A program made the position numbers and the translations under genes. The notes under the pieces are model-generated. The model did no database searches. It saw only the letters and a list, made by a program, of their open reading frames with translations, and was not told the origin of the DNA. A stretch of 35,950 nucleotides of DNA, taken from IMG/VR virus record IMGVR_UViG_3300012347_000334, positions 1 to 35,950 of that record. One strand, 5' to 3'. This DNA comes from a virus (taxonomy: Duplodnaviria > Caudoviricetes). Position 1 is the first letter of the stretch. Every line of letters starts with the position of its first letter. Below, one piece after another: positions 25,887 through 34,037 of the stretch.

Positions 25887-27390
25887 TAACACCGTCCATG
25901 AGTGCTTTAGGTTCTACTTTAGGTTGTGCTTGCTTCTTTTCGTTATCAATCTCACCCATGAGTTTTAACGCTTCTTCTTCTTCAATATCATAATACTCTT
26001 CGATAGCCTTAAGTCTTGATTTCAAACCTAACTCTATTTCAGTCTTGATCTGAGTAAGCTTCTCTTCATTAGATTGAATGCTCTGAGGCTCTGCATAATG
26101 AATAGTTACATATGCATCTTCAGGGATCTCGCCGATAGAATACTTATCATCTAAGAAATCAGTGCCTTGATATGTGTTTATATAAGCACGGATAGATTGA
26201 AAGATCTGATCTTCTGCATGTTCAAACAATGCTGCGTCTGACTTAGAAGCTTCGAATTGCTGAATCATTGAGAGCATTCTGTCTACGCCTGATGTGAACT
26301 TCTCACTCTCTCCACTTAGTGATGCAACCTTAGGGTTTAAACCTTTTGATGATAGAAAGATTGATAGCGTTGATTTCAAGAACTCTAAAGATCCTGTAAT
26401 ATCAGCAGATGGTTGAGCAAAGCCAAACTCTGTCTCAGCTGCATTGTTAGCATCTGTGTATAGCATTAATACTTTGTTAAGTCCTACTTGTAGACTTTCA
26501 GTAGGGACCGCAGATTCAGGACCTTTAAAGTAAGCCTGTCCCCATCCTTGCATTCTAACCACGTTAGCAATATCAGAAAGTAGAGCATTGAATTGAATAG
26601 TGAAGTCAGTCACTCCCTCGCCTTGTCTAACCCAGAACTCAAAGTCTTTAGATGATGCGATGTCTGTGAATGGAAGATGTTGCATAGAGTTTTCAGTGTC
26701 TTGAGACAAGATTACACCATTGCCGTCCATTACAAAGTTCATCTCTTTAGTCCATACATAGAATCTATTTAGCTTAGCTTTGTAATCGTCACCGTCAGCT
26801 ATTAATTGATTCTGATGGTCTGGCATAAGGCCTGAGTAACTAGACGATTGGCTAAGTTTACTCTGATGATTGTCGAAACTATTCTGCTTATCAAAGGTCG
26901 ATATGATATAAGCTTGAGCCTTCTCTGGGTTCTCATCATCTGGTATCACATCAACTTGATGAGCCCATAGATTTCTAAGCTTTAACTCTTTCTCAACTAA
27001 CGATACCTGCACAGTCGTTTGCTGCTGAGCCTTAAACATTTCATTAGCTCGAAGCATCTTATCATCAACATTCATTTTCTCGTATAACTCATGCAATGCT
27101 TCTTTTTGATCGTCAGAGACGTTGTAGAATTCTCTTGTAGGACGAGCCTTATAAAGACTAGCCTCTTGCTTTACTATCCTTTGGGCTAGGTTTACGGATG
27201 AAATAATAGGCATCTCTTTAACTGTTTTATCTGAGAACTGAGTCTTTAGATAATCATAAACGTACTGGTATAGACGATCGTTTAGGATCTCATATTGCTT
27301 TAAAGATACATTCTTTCGTTCTTTGTTCTCAGGGTCTTTGATTGCTTTGATGACCATTATTCTATCGTTTTGATCTAGCCAATTAATCAT
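25849..27390 (-). CDS. Portal protein
   Basis: 513 aa directly after terL; SPP1-like layout by size and position. Confidence 0.8.
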   Translation of the reverse strand: MINWLDQNDRIMVIKAIKDPENKERKNVSLKQYEILNDRLYQYVYDYLKTQFSDKTVKEMPIISSVNLAQRIVKQEASLYKARPTREFYNVSDDQKEALHELYEKMNVDDKMLRANEMFKAQQQTTVQVSLVEKELKLRNLWAHQVDVIPDDENPEKAQAYIISTFDKQNSFDNHQSKLSQSSSYSGLMPDHQNQLIADGDDYKAKLNRFYVWTKEMNFVMDGNGVILSQDTENSMQHLPFTDIASSKDFEFWVRQGEGVTDFTIQFNALLSDIANVVRMQGWGQAYFKGPESAVPTESLQVGLNKVLMLYTDANNAAETEFGFAQPSADITGSLEFLKSTLSIFLSSKGLNPKVASLSGESEKFTSGVDRMLSMIQQFEASKSDAALFEHAEDQIFQSIRAYINTYQGTDFLDDKYSIGEIPEDAYVTIHYAEPQSIQSNEEKLTQIKTEIELGLKSRLKAIEEYYDIEEEEALKLMGEIDNEKKQAQPKVEPKALMDGVNGRDQGTETNQA

Positions 27391-27393
27391 ATA

Positions 27394-28659
27394 CTACCTA
27401 TCTTGTAAGCCGACCTTTTTAAGAGTCGGTGTGAATGGGTCTAGTTTCCAACAAGCGTACCCTAGACAATCAGAGATGTGCGTTAGCATTTTGTTTGCAC
27501 CTGACTGGTCTAGTTCATTATTCTTCCAAACGACGCGCTCCAAGTCATTAATTAACTTTTTGCATTTCGGGTCAATGATAATTCTACCGCTCGACAATAG
27601 TCGATTCACGTTGTTAACCCGATCAGTAACGAATGGGTTATGCGTTGGCAGTATCTTAAAGCCGTTTTGTTCTAGTATCTGAAAGTCTGACTGGCCTGAA
27701 GTCTTGCGATTCTTTCCCGTGCTATCTGGGATAACTTGCAATCCAGAATAGCCTCTCTTCTTTAGCTCGTGCGCCATCTTGTATGTATCGGAGTTTTCTA
27801 GATAGACCTCATCTTGAATGTGAAACTTGTTATCTATGTATTGGAAAATCAATGCAGTCATTGGAGAAACATTGTAATCCATAGAAATAAATTTAGTGCC
27901 TGGATAAGCGATTGTTGCGCTAACCATTTCATCACGACGAAAGGCATAGTAAACTTGCCCTTCTGATTCGTCTCCGTACATACCATGAAGAAACCTATTC
28001 CTTTGCTCCTCTGGCATAGACTCTAAAAGTTTTAAATAATCTGGATCTATGTTTGCTAAATTGTCTGACGGATTCATCAGTAGAGATGCGTAATTTTCTG
28101 GGTTAGTTAGTGGAATCTCATCGATAGGGTCCATATGTTTTTCGAACAACCAATAAGACCAGTGGCTCTTTTTTGCAGGGTTGCTATCGTAGTATGCTTT
28201 CTTGGCTAAATCATTCTTCTCAGCCAATCGAGTCTTAGCCATCTGAATAGATGCATAATTCATTTGTGAAACTTCATTTAGCCATATTGTAGAATACTCT
28301 GTCCCTAGAATCTTCTCGGTACGCTCTTTATCATCTAGACCACCAATCCAAATTTCTGATCCATTAGGCAATAAAACAAAATAATCAGTTTTATTGTATT
28401 TAACTTTAAGATCAGGAAAGGCCAGCTTCTTAACCTTTGGTATTGTATCCATCCAGATAGAACGCTTAGCATGATTGAAGTTTTGTCTTAATATCAAATG
28501 CCTTGATTGAACCTTGCACGCTCTTACGAAAATTGCGAACGTGAGTATTGCTGATTTTCCACTACGACTTCCGCCGCATAGCATTATATCTTTAGCATCA
28601 GACGTTAATAGGTCTATTGCTTCTTTTTGCTTATCGGTCTTTACAAAATTATTCAACAT
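27394..28659 (-). CDS. terL: Terminase large subunit (PBSX-like)
   Basis: Walker A GGSRSGKS, Walker B variant IWLNE, DSNP motif, nuclease MDYN..PM, PDSTG, HISDCLGY. Confidence 0.95.
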   Translation of the reverse strand: MLNNFVKTDKQKEAIDLLTSDAKDIMLCGGSRSGKSAILTFAIFVRACKVQSRHLILRQNFNHAKRSIWMDTIPKVKKLAFPDLKVKYNKTDYFVLLPNGSEIWIGGLDDKERTEKILGTEYSTIWLNEVSQMNYASIQMAKTRLAEKNDLAKKAYYDSNPAKKSHWSYWLFEKHMDPIDEIPLTNPENYASLLMNPSDNLANIDPDYLKLLESMPEEQRNRFLHGMYGDESEGQVYYAFRRDEMVSATIAYPGTKFISMDYNVSPMTALIFQYIDNKFHIQDEVYLENSDTYKMAHELKKRGYSGLQVIPDSTGKNRKTSGQSDFQILEQNGFKILPTHNPFVTDRVNNVNRLLSSGRIIIDPKCKKLINDLERVVWKNNELDQSGANKMLTHISDCLGYACWKLDPFTPTLKKVGLQDR

Positions 28660-29182
28660 TACGGTAAGTCATCTTCTTAATGATTCTCATTATTGTATAA
28701 TAGTTTACATTATATTTTTTAGACAATAACGACACTGGGCTGCGACAGCTTGGATCACTTAATAACTTGTTATGTTCTTTAATTATCTCAATCACTTGGT
28801 TTGAAGTGAATTTTGAGGCGTGATGCTCTTGTCCAACCTGAAATCTTCTTCTGCTTAAGTTTTCTTGAGGAGTTAGCCATCGAATGTTTGCAACAGAGTT
28901 GTCTTTTTTATCGTTGTTTATATGGTCAGCGTGCATTCCAGGTTTGTATCCATAAAAAGCAATAGCCACCAACCTCTGTATGTGATGCGTTTTTTTGTTA
29001 GGCCTTAAATTAACACCAAGATACCCATTTGGGTGTAAGAATGGCTTAAGTATTCTTTCTTTGACTGGGTTTGGCTCGCCATTGCCTCTGTAAACAATGC
29101 GCTGCAAGCTTTTAACCCTGCCCAAGCTACTAACTTTATAATGCCCTTCATACCCAACAACATCACGCCACTCTTCTTGCAT
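28649..29182 (-). CDS. NUMOD4-HNH homing endonuclease between terS and terL
   Basis: AGGGG RBS then MQEEWRDVVGYEGHYKVSSLGRVKS; ADHINNDKKDNSVANIRWLT..EN. Confidence 0.92.
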   Translation of the reverse strand: MQEEWRDVVGYEGHYKVSSLGRVKSLQRIVYRGNGEPNPVKERILKPFLHPNGYLGVNLRPNKKTHHIQRLVAIAFYGYKPGMHADHINNDKKDNSVANIRWLTPQENLSRRRFQVGQEHHASKFTSNQVIEIIKEHNKLLSDPSCRSPVSLLSKKYNVNYYTIMRIIKKMTYRNVE

Positions 29183-29204
29183 AACTTCCCCTTTTTGAGA
29201 TGTT

Positions 29205-29573
29205 TTACAACTTAGAGTCTTTATGATCAATAATGATCTTGGCGACTTCTTTTGCTAAATCATCGTCTACGAACTTATCACGCTGGCCTAGCCATTGTTT
29301 ACCTAACCAGATAAGCATCGGGACCGAGCCCTTCATAGCGACTTCATATTGTTTCCCAGCAAGCTTTAGGTGCATGCCTTCTCTTTTTTGAGCCTTGAGC
29401 TTGTCAAATGTTATATCGTATGTGTCTTTGATGAATCTTTGAAGTGAACTAACGGAGACTTTCAAGCAGTCTGCTACATTTTCCTCTGTAGAAAAAGGAA
29501 TACCCATAAGAGCGTTGAATAATTCTATCTTGCCTTGGTCCCACTCAATGCGGGGCCTGCCCATTTTAGCCAT
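29205..29573 (-). CDS. terS: Terminase small subunit
   Basis: MGRPRIEWD, HTH, QYEVAMKGSVPMLIWLGKQWLGQRD signature; position. Confidence 0.8.
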   Translation of the reverse strand: MAKMGRPRIEWDQGKIELFNALMGIPFSTEENVADCLKVSVSSLQRFIKDTYDITFDKLKAQKREGMHLKLAGKQYEVAMKGSVPMLIWLGKQWLGQRDKFVDDDLAKEVAKIIIDHKDSKL

Positions 29574-29619
29574 GATACATCCAATCCGTTAGATGGTGTT
29601 AGTTTCACTCGTTGAGTGA

Positions 29620-29871
29620 TTAAATGCTAATGCGTCCTGCGATTAGCTCTCTCAATGTTAAATCAATTAGCTTTTCGACGCTAATCTTTTTAAGGTCTGC
29701 AATCTTTTGTATGCGCTCATGCTTGTCTTTAGGAATAGCTATAGTGTAAAGACCGATGTCGTTTACTGGTTCTATGGTTCCATATTTTATTGTTCCTAGG
29801 TCAACCGTAGTGCCTTCAAAATTAGTAATCGCTACACCTTCGTTGATGTTTAGTTTCTTAAGTCTTGCCAT
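29620..29871 (-). CDS. Hypothetical protein with C-terminal ribbon-helix-helix-like segment
   Basis: YTIAIPKDKHERIQKIADLKKISVEKLIDLTL. Confidence 0.6.
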   Translation of the reverse strand: MARLKKLNINEGVAITNFEGTTVDLGTIKYGTIEPVNDIGLYTIAIPKDKHERIQKIADLKKISVEKLIDLTLRELIAGRISI

Positions 29872-30390
29872 TTACTTCTCCCATGTATGACCGCATTCAG
29901 GACATTTAATTTCTTTTGTTTCTTTAGGTACACTTATAGGCTCATCTTCCGATTCAAAGCTTAAGTCAATGCCAGGTATATCTGTGTTAACTTTAAGCCA
30001 TTCAAAGTCTATCTCTTCTTTAATCACAAAGTCTGATAAAGACTCAAGGTCAGTCTTGCCGTATTGAGAGACAAGACTCATGAGTATTTTGATTGCTTCT
30101 TTACGTGTCTTTGCTTCAATCACATTACAAGGGTAATTTTTTGGAATAACAATACCTTCGTCCTGCATTTTAAGCAGTGCGTATTTTCTAGTATGGCCGT
30201 CCAATATCTGCTTTTTACCCTTTGGGCAGATCCATATAATGAATGGCGCAGTGAAGCCGTTTTCTAATAGCTGACTCTTGAATTTCTGATAGTCTGATTT
30301 AGATAAAGACTTAAGGTTGCCTTGAGTTTCCTTAAGGTCGCTTAGCTCACAGAAGATAGTTTCTTTATAATGACATACTACAACGCTCAT
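29872..30390 (-). CDS. ParB/Srx N-terminal domain protein with C-terminal Zn ribbon
   Basis: S.LENGFTAPFIIW...ILDGHTRKYAL; CPECGH. Confidence 0.8.
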   Translation of the reverse strand: MSVVVCHYKETIFCELSDLKETQGNLKSLSKSDYQKFKSQLLENGFTAPFIIWICPKGKKQILDGHTRKYALLKMQDEGIVIPKNYPCNVIEAKTRKEAIKILMSLVSQYGKTDLESLSDFVIKEEIDFEWLKVNTDIPGIDLSFESEDEPISVPKETKEIKCPECGHTWEK

Positions 30391-30401
30391 ACTCTCTCTT
30401 T

Positions 30402-30482
30402 TGGTGTCGGGTTAGTGATTTTCACACTCGGCTCAAAGGGCAGAGAAAACCCATTGCCACGCCTTGGCAATTGGAACCCGAC
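30402..30482 (-). ncRNA. Non-canonical tRNA-like cloverleaf with encoded CCA
   Basis: GTCGGGTT/AACCCGAC 8-bp stem plus ACCA; ATTGCCA/TGGCAAT arm; GGGT-TTTCTCT-GCCC arm; AGTG-TGAAAAT-CACT arm. Lacks canonical TTCRA. Confidence 0.65.
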
Positions 30483-30488
30483 CTAGTG

Positions 30489-30517
30489 AGTCTTTCAGAT
30501 GTTATGCTTATCGTCAA
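30489..30517 (-). promoter_or_regulatory. Candidate sigma70-type promoter for the tRNA-like RNA and packaging operon
   Basis: TTGACG-17 bp-AAGACT with TGn extension; predicted +1 at about 30482-30483. Confidence 0.5.
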
Positions 30518-30519
30518 CG

Positions 30520-30654
30520 TCACTCCACAACCCAATCGCTTGCCTTCATATCTTCAAACGAGAAGTTACAAGTGCCCTTATGTGGGTTAATCCAATGATC
30601 CCAGTGCGGTCTCTTGATTCTTTTCTTAGTGTTGTATGCTTCTGTGAAAGTCAT
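30520..30654 (-). CDS. Minimal DUF2829/Tad2-like protein, 44 aa (not in ORF track)
   Basis: MTFTEAYNTKKRIKRPHWDHWINPHKGTCNFSFEDMKASDWVVE; GGAGG RBS; TAATG coupling to the RusA-like gene. Confidence 0.6.
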   Translation of the reverse strand: MTFTEAYNTKKRIKRPHWDHWINPHKGTCNFSFEDMKASDWVVE

Positions 30655-31088
30655 TATGCCTCTAAAATATTAATGATATGCATTTCAATATCCATGCGTT
30701 CTTCTTTTTCTGTCTCTACCGCTATCTTGTGAATCTCACCTGACCAGAACACACAATCATCAACGCCTAGTAGTGCGCTTAGTGCATCGTCACCGACTTT
30801 GATCAAGTTAGTTGCATCATTACGTTTGGGTCTACCGTCTTTAGTGAGTATCTTTTTTCGTTGTTGATAATAGGTACGCTTCACATGCAGGGCTTGACCA
30901 ACGACTAGCTCCTCTAAAACCATGACTGCGGCTTTTAGCTGTGCTTGGTTTTCCATAGACCAGAACTTCATGCTCATTTCATAGGCTGAGTAGCACTTAG
31001 ACTTAAACCTTCGTCTAGTTCTAAAGTCCTGCGCATAGGCTTTGTTGACACTAATTGGCAGGGGCATTGATTTGATGTGAATTATCAT
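30654..31088 (-). CDS. RusA-like Holliday junction resolvase
   Basis: PLPISVNKAY...DATNLIKVGDDAL...GVDD (DxxN..K...D..DD). Confidence 0.85.
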   Translation of the reverse strand: MIIHIKSMPLPISVNKAYAQDFRTRRRFKSKCYSAYEMSMKFWSMENQAQLKAAVMVLEELVVGQALHVKRTYYQQRKKILTKDGRPKRNDATNLIKVGDDALSALLGVDDCVFWSGEIHKIAVETEKEERMDIEMHIINILEA

Positions 31089-31346
31089 GTCAAGAGTCTA
31101 TCGAGGCTTTTGAAAATATTGCAAAGTAAATGTATCTAAAAAATATCATGCATGGATTTTTAGTAAAATTTCATGCGTATTAGTCAAGTTTAACGTACAA
31201 AAAACTTGACATATTATGCGCATAATTATGCAGGTTGTAATGCTTACATTATAAGCAATATACGTTAACTTAGTGTGTCAAGCGTGTTAAATGAGCATTT
31301 ATAAATTAGCAAGTGTGTGTGTTTTGTATACTTAAAGAGAGGCAAT
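31089..31346. promoter_or_regulatory. AT-rich divergent control region with overlapping palindromes
   Basis: Separates the two arms; TTGACA at 31206 (+) and 31276-31281 (-); palindromes ATTATGCGCATAAT (31213-31226) and GCATAATTATGC (31220-31231). Confidence 0.6.
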
Positions 31347-31649
31347 ATGGATGTATTTGACGATGAGTTTTTAGAAACGCCTGGGCTTATAGGTAAGGAC
31401 TTTAAGAAATTCTATGGCCGTGAGATTAGACGATTGGCTGGGCTTGCTAGCTTTGCTCAATTCATTAATCACGGTCGCGATATACCCGTTAGCAAAGAAG
31501 AGATTCTAGGCTACTTAGACAAGCTTATGACTGGTATTTCATGGCGTGTATCGGTTAAAACAGACAAGCTTTTAGTGATTAAATCTAAGTTCTACGATCA
31601 AATATACCGCTTTGAGTTAGACGGCACCGATCAAAATGGTGGGGATTAG
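31347..31649 (+). CDS. Hypothetical protein
   Basis: GAGG RBS before ATG 31347. Confidence 0.65.
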   Translation: MDVFDDEFLETPGLIGKDFKKFYGREIRRLAGLASFAQFINHGRDIPVSKEEILGYLDKLMTGISWRVSVKTDKLLVIKSKFYDQIYRFELDGTDQNGGD

Positions 31650-31764
31650 AAATTAGTCTAGTCGTATTGTGGTTAGGTAGGATATTTTGACGGTTAGCCC
31701 GACCAGAAATGTTGTTACATTAATAAAATGATAAGATCTTAAACTAAGAAAGAGAAGGTAAAAT

Positions 31765-32466
31765 ATGGAAACTGGACGAATGATTTTTGAGGCTATCCCT
31801 GCGATCATTAACGACATTGAGTCAATTAAGAAAACAAAGAAAGAAAACACAGCTATTAAGTATGCCTACAGAGGTATTGACGAATTTATGAATGCGCTCA
31901 ATCCCCTGCTTGGAAAGCATTGCGTGACGATTGTTCCTGACATCTTAAAGAATGAGCGTGAAGTCTATTCTAATGCTAATGGAACTCGCATGACAAACGT
32001 AGTAATGCACATTAAGTACACACTAACTGCTAAAGATGGGTCATTTACTAGTGGATCAACTATAGGCGAGGCTTTTGATTCAGGCGATAAGGCTTCCAAT
32101 AAGGCGATGTCAATAGCTCTAAAGTATTTCATCATGCAGGTCTTCATGGTTCCAACTGAAGATATAGACGATCCAGACAACCACGATACAGCTGGCAAGA
32201 TACCAGTTAAGAAACCAGAGGATCCTAAAAAAGAAGCACCTAAAAAGCCTGAAGTTAAAGGCTCTGACTGGGTTAATAAGCGTCCAACTCCGGCTATGAT
32301 CACACGTCTCTTTGCAATTGCAGGTGAACGCAAATGGTCAAACGATCAAGTTAAAGCCACGATGAAGGCTACTTGGAATGTAGAATCAACAAAGGACCTC
32401 ACAGTCACCCAGTACGATTCTCTAGTTCAAGTCATACAATCTATGTCCCCGCCTGAGATCGTTTAA
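31765..32466 (+). CDS. erf: ERF-family single-strand annealing protein
   Basis: YAYRGID...LNPLL.KH, GEAFDSGDKASNKAMSIALKY, DDPD. Confidence 0.9.
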   Translation: METGRMIFEAIPAIINDIESIKKTKKENTAIKYAYRGIDEFMNALNPLLGKHCVTIVPDILKNEREVYSNANGTRMTNVVMHIKYTLTAKDGSFTSGSTIGEAFDSGDKASNKAMSIALKYFIMQVFMVPTEDIDDPDNHDTAGKIPVKKPEDPKKEAPKKPEVKGSDWVNKRPTPAMITRLFAIAGERKWSNDQVKATMKATWNVESTKDLTVTQYDSLVQVIQSMSPPEIV

Positions 32467-32467
32467 T

Positions 32468-32683
32468 ATGAGCCATCCTAGCGCGTTTCAAGAGTCATTA
32501 GACCTAAGACAGCTAATCATTCAAGAACAAGGGCGGCAATCTGTCGCCCAACATAAGCAAAAGCTAATTAAAGAGCAGATCCAAAGTCTAGAGATAGAGC
32601 TGAAGCTATGGGAGAATGTTTACGCCACTAGTCAATTTAAGATTGAAACGATGAATGAAATTCTTAGGGTTGGTGAGATTTGA
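32468..32683 (+). CDS. Hypothetical coiled-coil protein
   Basis: 71 aa directly after erf. Confidence 0.65.
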   Translation: MSHPSAFQESLDLRQLIIQEQGRQSVAQHKQKLIKEQIQSLEIELKLWENVYATSQFKIETMNEILRVGEI

Positions 32684-32720
32684 TTTTACAAATCATCAGA
32701 TCTTAGCTATTCATAGACCT

Positions 32721-32757
32721 AGAAAAAAGAAAACCCAGGAAGATGGTCCCCCTGGGT
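32721..32757 (-). terminator. Terminator-like hairpin on the antisense strand
   Basis: Minus strand ACCCAGG-11 nt-CCTGGGT followed by TTTCTTTTTTCT. Confidence 0.55.
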
Positions 32758-32833
32758 AACTTAAAAGATTGCTGAATACATATCTTTTAAGCCAGCTTCG
32801 TGGCTCAAGCAAGTATTTTTTCAGATAAATTCA

Positions 32834-33125
32834 AATAGGTCAGAACGTGACGGTGAGGGGTTGCCACTAAACCCACTTAAGGTGCAATAACCGTTGCACG
32901 CGCCTTAAGCCAATAGTGGCGGGTTCTGCTTTGCCGACGTGGTGAAGGTGGGTGTTACCTGAACATATCAGGATAGGCTTGAGCAAATAGCTTGTATGTC
33001 TAAAGACCGAGACTGATAAAACGATTGAAATGAATCGGCTGGCATAGCACCAGTGTCTTGCGAGGGAAGATCAGGTAAAGCTTCAAGAGCTAACCACTGA
33101 CCTATTACGGGATGCTTTGTCTCGG
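32834..33125 (+). ncRNA. Putative large structured non-coding RNA, family not recognised
   Basis: 10-bp closing helix 32834-32843/33097-33106, long interrupted hairpin 32846-32940, multi-way junction, two pseudoknot-type pairings; G-U pairs favour the plus strand. Confidence 0.65.
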
Positions 33126-33164
33126 CGGTGAATGTGGATGAATGGAACAACAAAAGGAGAAGGT

Positions 33165-34037
33165 ATGAGTGAGATAGTTTTAAAGGAGTTTGAAGGTAAA
33201 GAGCTTAGAACTCAAATAGATGATAAAGGTCAAGCTTGGTTTGTTGCTAAAGATGTATGCGAGTGCTTAGGCTTAACGTATATATCAAAAGCAATTAAAG
33301 GTGTTGATGATCGAGGCAAGGGTATGATTTCAATTCACACCCTTGGTGGCCAACAAGAGGTTCTAGCCGTTACAAAGTCTGGCTTATATGAACTTACGTC
33401 TCAATCAAGAAAACCAGTTGGTAAAAAGTTTAGATCTTGGGTTAATTATGAAATCTTACCAAGTATTGAGAAATCTGGGCAGTACTCAATAGGTCAAGAC
33501 TCTATGGACCTTGAATTGATGAACGATCCAGACGTAAAGATGATGCGTGAAATGGTACAAAACACCATACATAGAAAGAAACAAGAATTAATCAATCAGC
33601 AACTTAAGATAGAAAACGCTGTTTTAAAGTCTAAAATTGATAATGTGGATAACACTGTTCATCAGTTACTTAGACACCGAAAAGGTAATGATCCGATACC
33701 AAAAGGAATGATAACACTCAAGAAACTACGCTCTAAATACTTCAATGGTGTTAATGAAGCAATTGTTTCTGAGTTTCTTTCTGCCATATCTCACAAGTCT
33801 GAACCATATACCTACGTTGTTAATGGCGTGGAATATCCTACTTTTTGTTACCTAGAAGAAGGTCTAGCAAATATATCAAGAGCATTCTTTTCAAGCCTTG
33901 AGTTTGTAAATGACATGCCTAAAAATATACGAGTACAACATGAAATGATAGATGGGACATTCTGGCTTTCAAAAGAGACAACACCTATATACATTCAAGA
34001 TCAATTATTAATACAAGGAGAAATCAATGGACTTTAA
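33165..34037 (+). CDS. BRO-N domain antirepressor-like protein
   Basis: AGGAG RBS; FEGKELR...WFVAKDVCECLG...TLGGQQ...SGLYEL...SRKP..KKFRSWV..EILPSI.K.G.Y. Confidence 0.9.
   Translation: MSEIVLKEFEGKELRTQIDDKGQAWFVAKDVCECLGLTYISKAIKGVDDRGKGMISIHTLGGQQEVLAVTKSGLYELTSQSRKPVGKKFRSWVNYEILPSIEKSGQYSIGQDSMDLELMNDPDVKMMREMVQNTIHRKKQELINQQLKIENAVLKSKIDNVDNTVHQLLRHRKGNDPIPKGMITLKKLRSKYFNGVNEAIVSEFLSAISHKSEPYTYVVNGVEYPTFCYLEEGLANISRAFFSSLEFVNDMPKNIRVQHEMIDGTFWLSKETTPIYIQDQLLIQGEINGL

Noticed and set aside
28649-29204. Group I intron carrying the HNH gene inside terminase
   Set aside because: terS and terL both appear intact and there is no flanking non-coding space for an intron core.
30402-30482. Calling the cloverleaf a standard tRNA-Arg(TCT)
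   Set aside because: Lacks TTCRA, a purine at 37 and normal D-arm geometry; kept as a tRNA-like ncRNA instead.
9006-30732. Plus-strand ORFs within the late arm (for example 9006-9224, 12898-13227, 16554-16766, 24992-25228, 30499-30732) and same-strand off-frame ORFs
   Set aside because: They lie within well-supported minus-strand genes and look like shadow frames.
32968-33164. ORF 32968-33153 (minus) and the 33132 start of the BRO gene
   Set aside because: No RBS or motif for the minus ORF; AGGAG supports ATG 33165.
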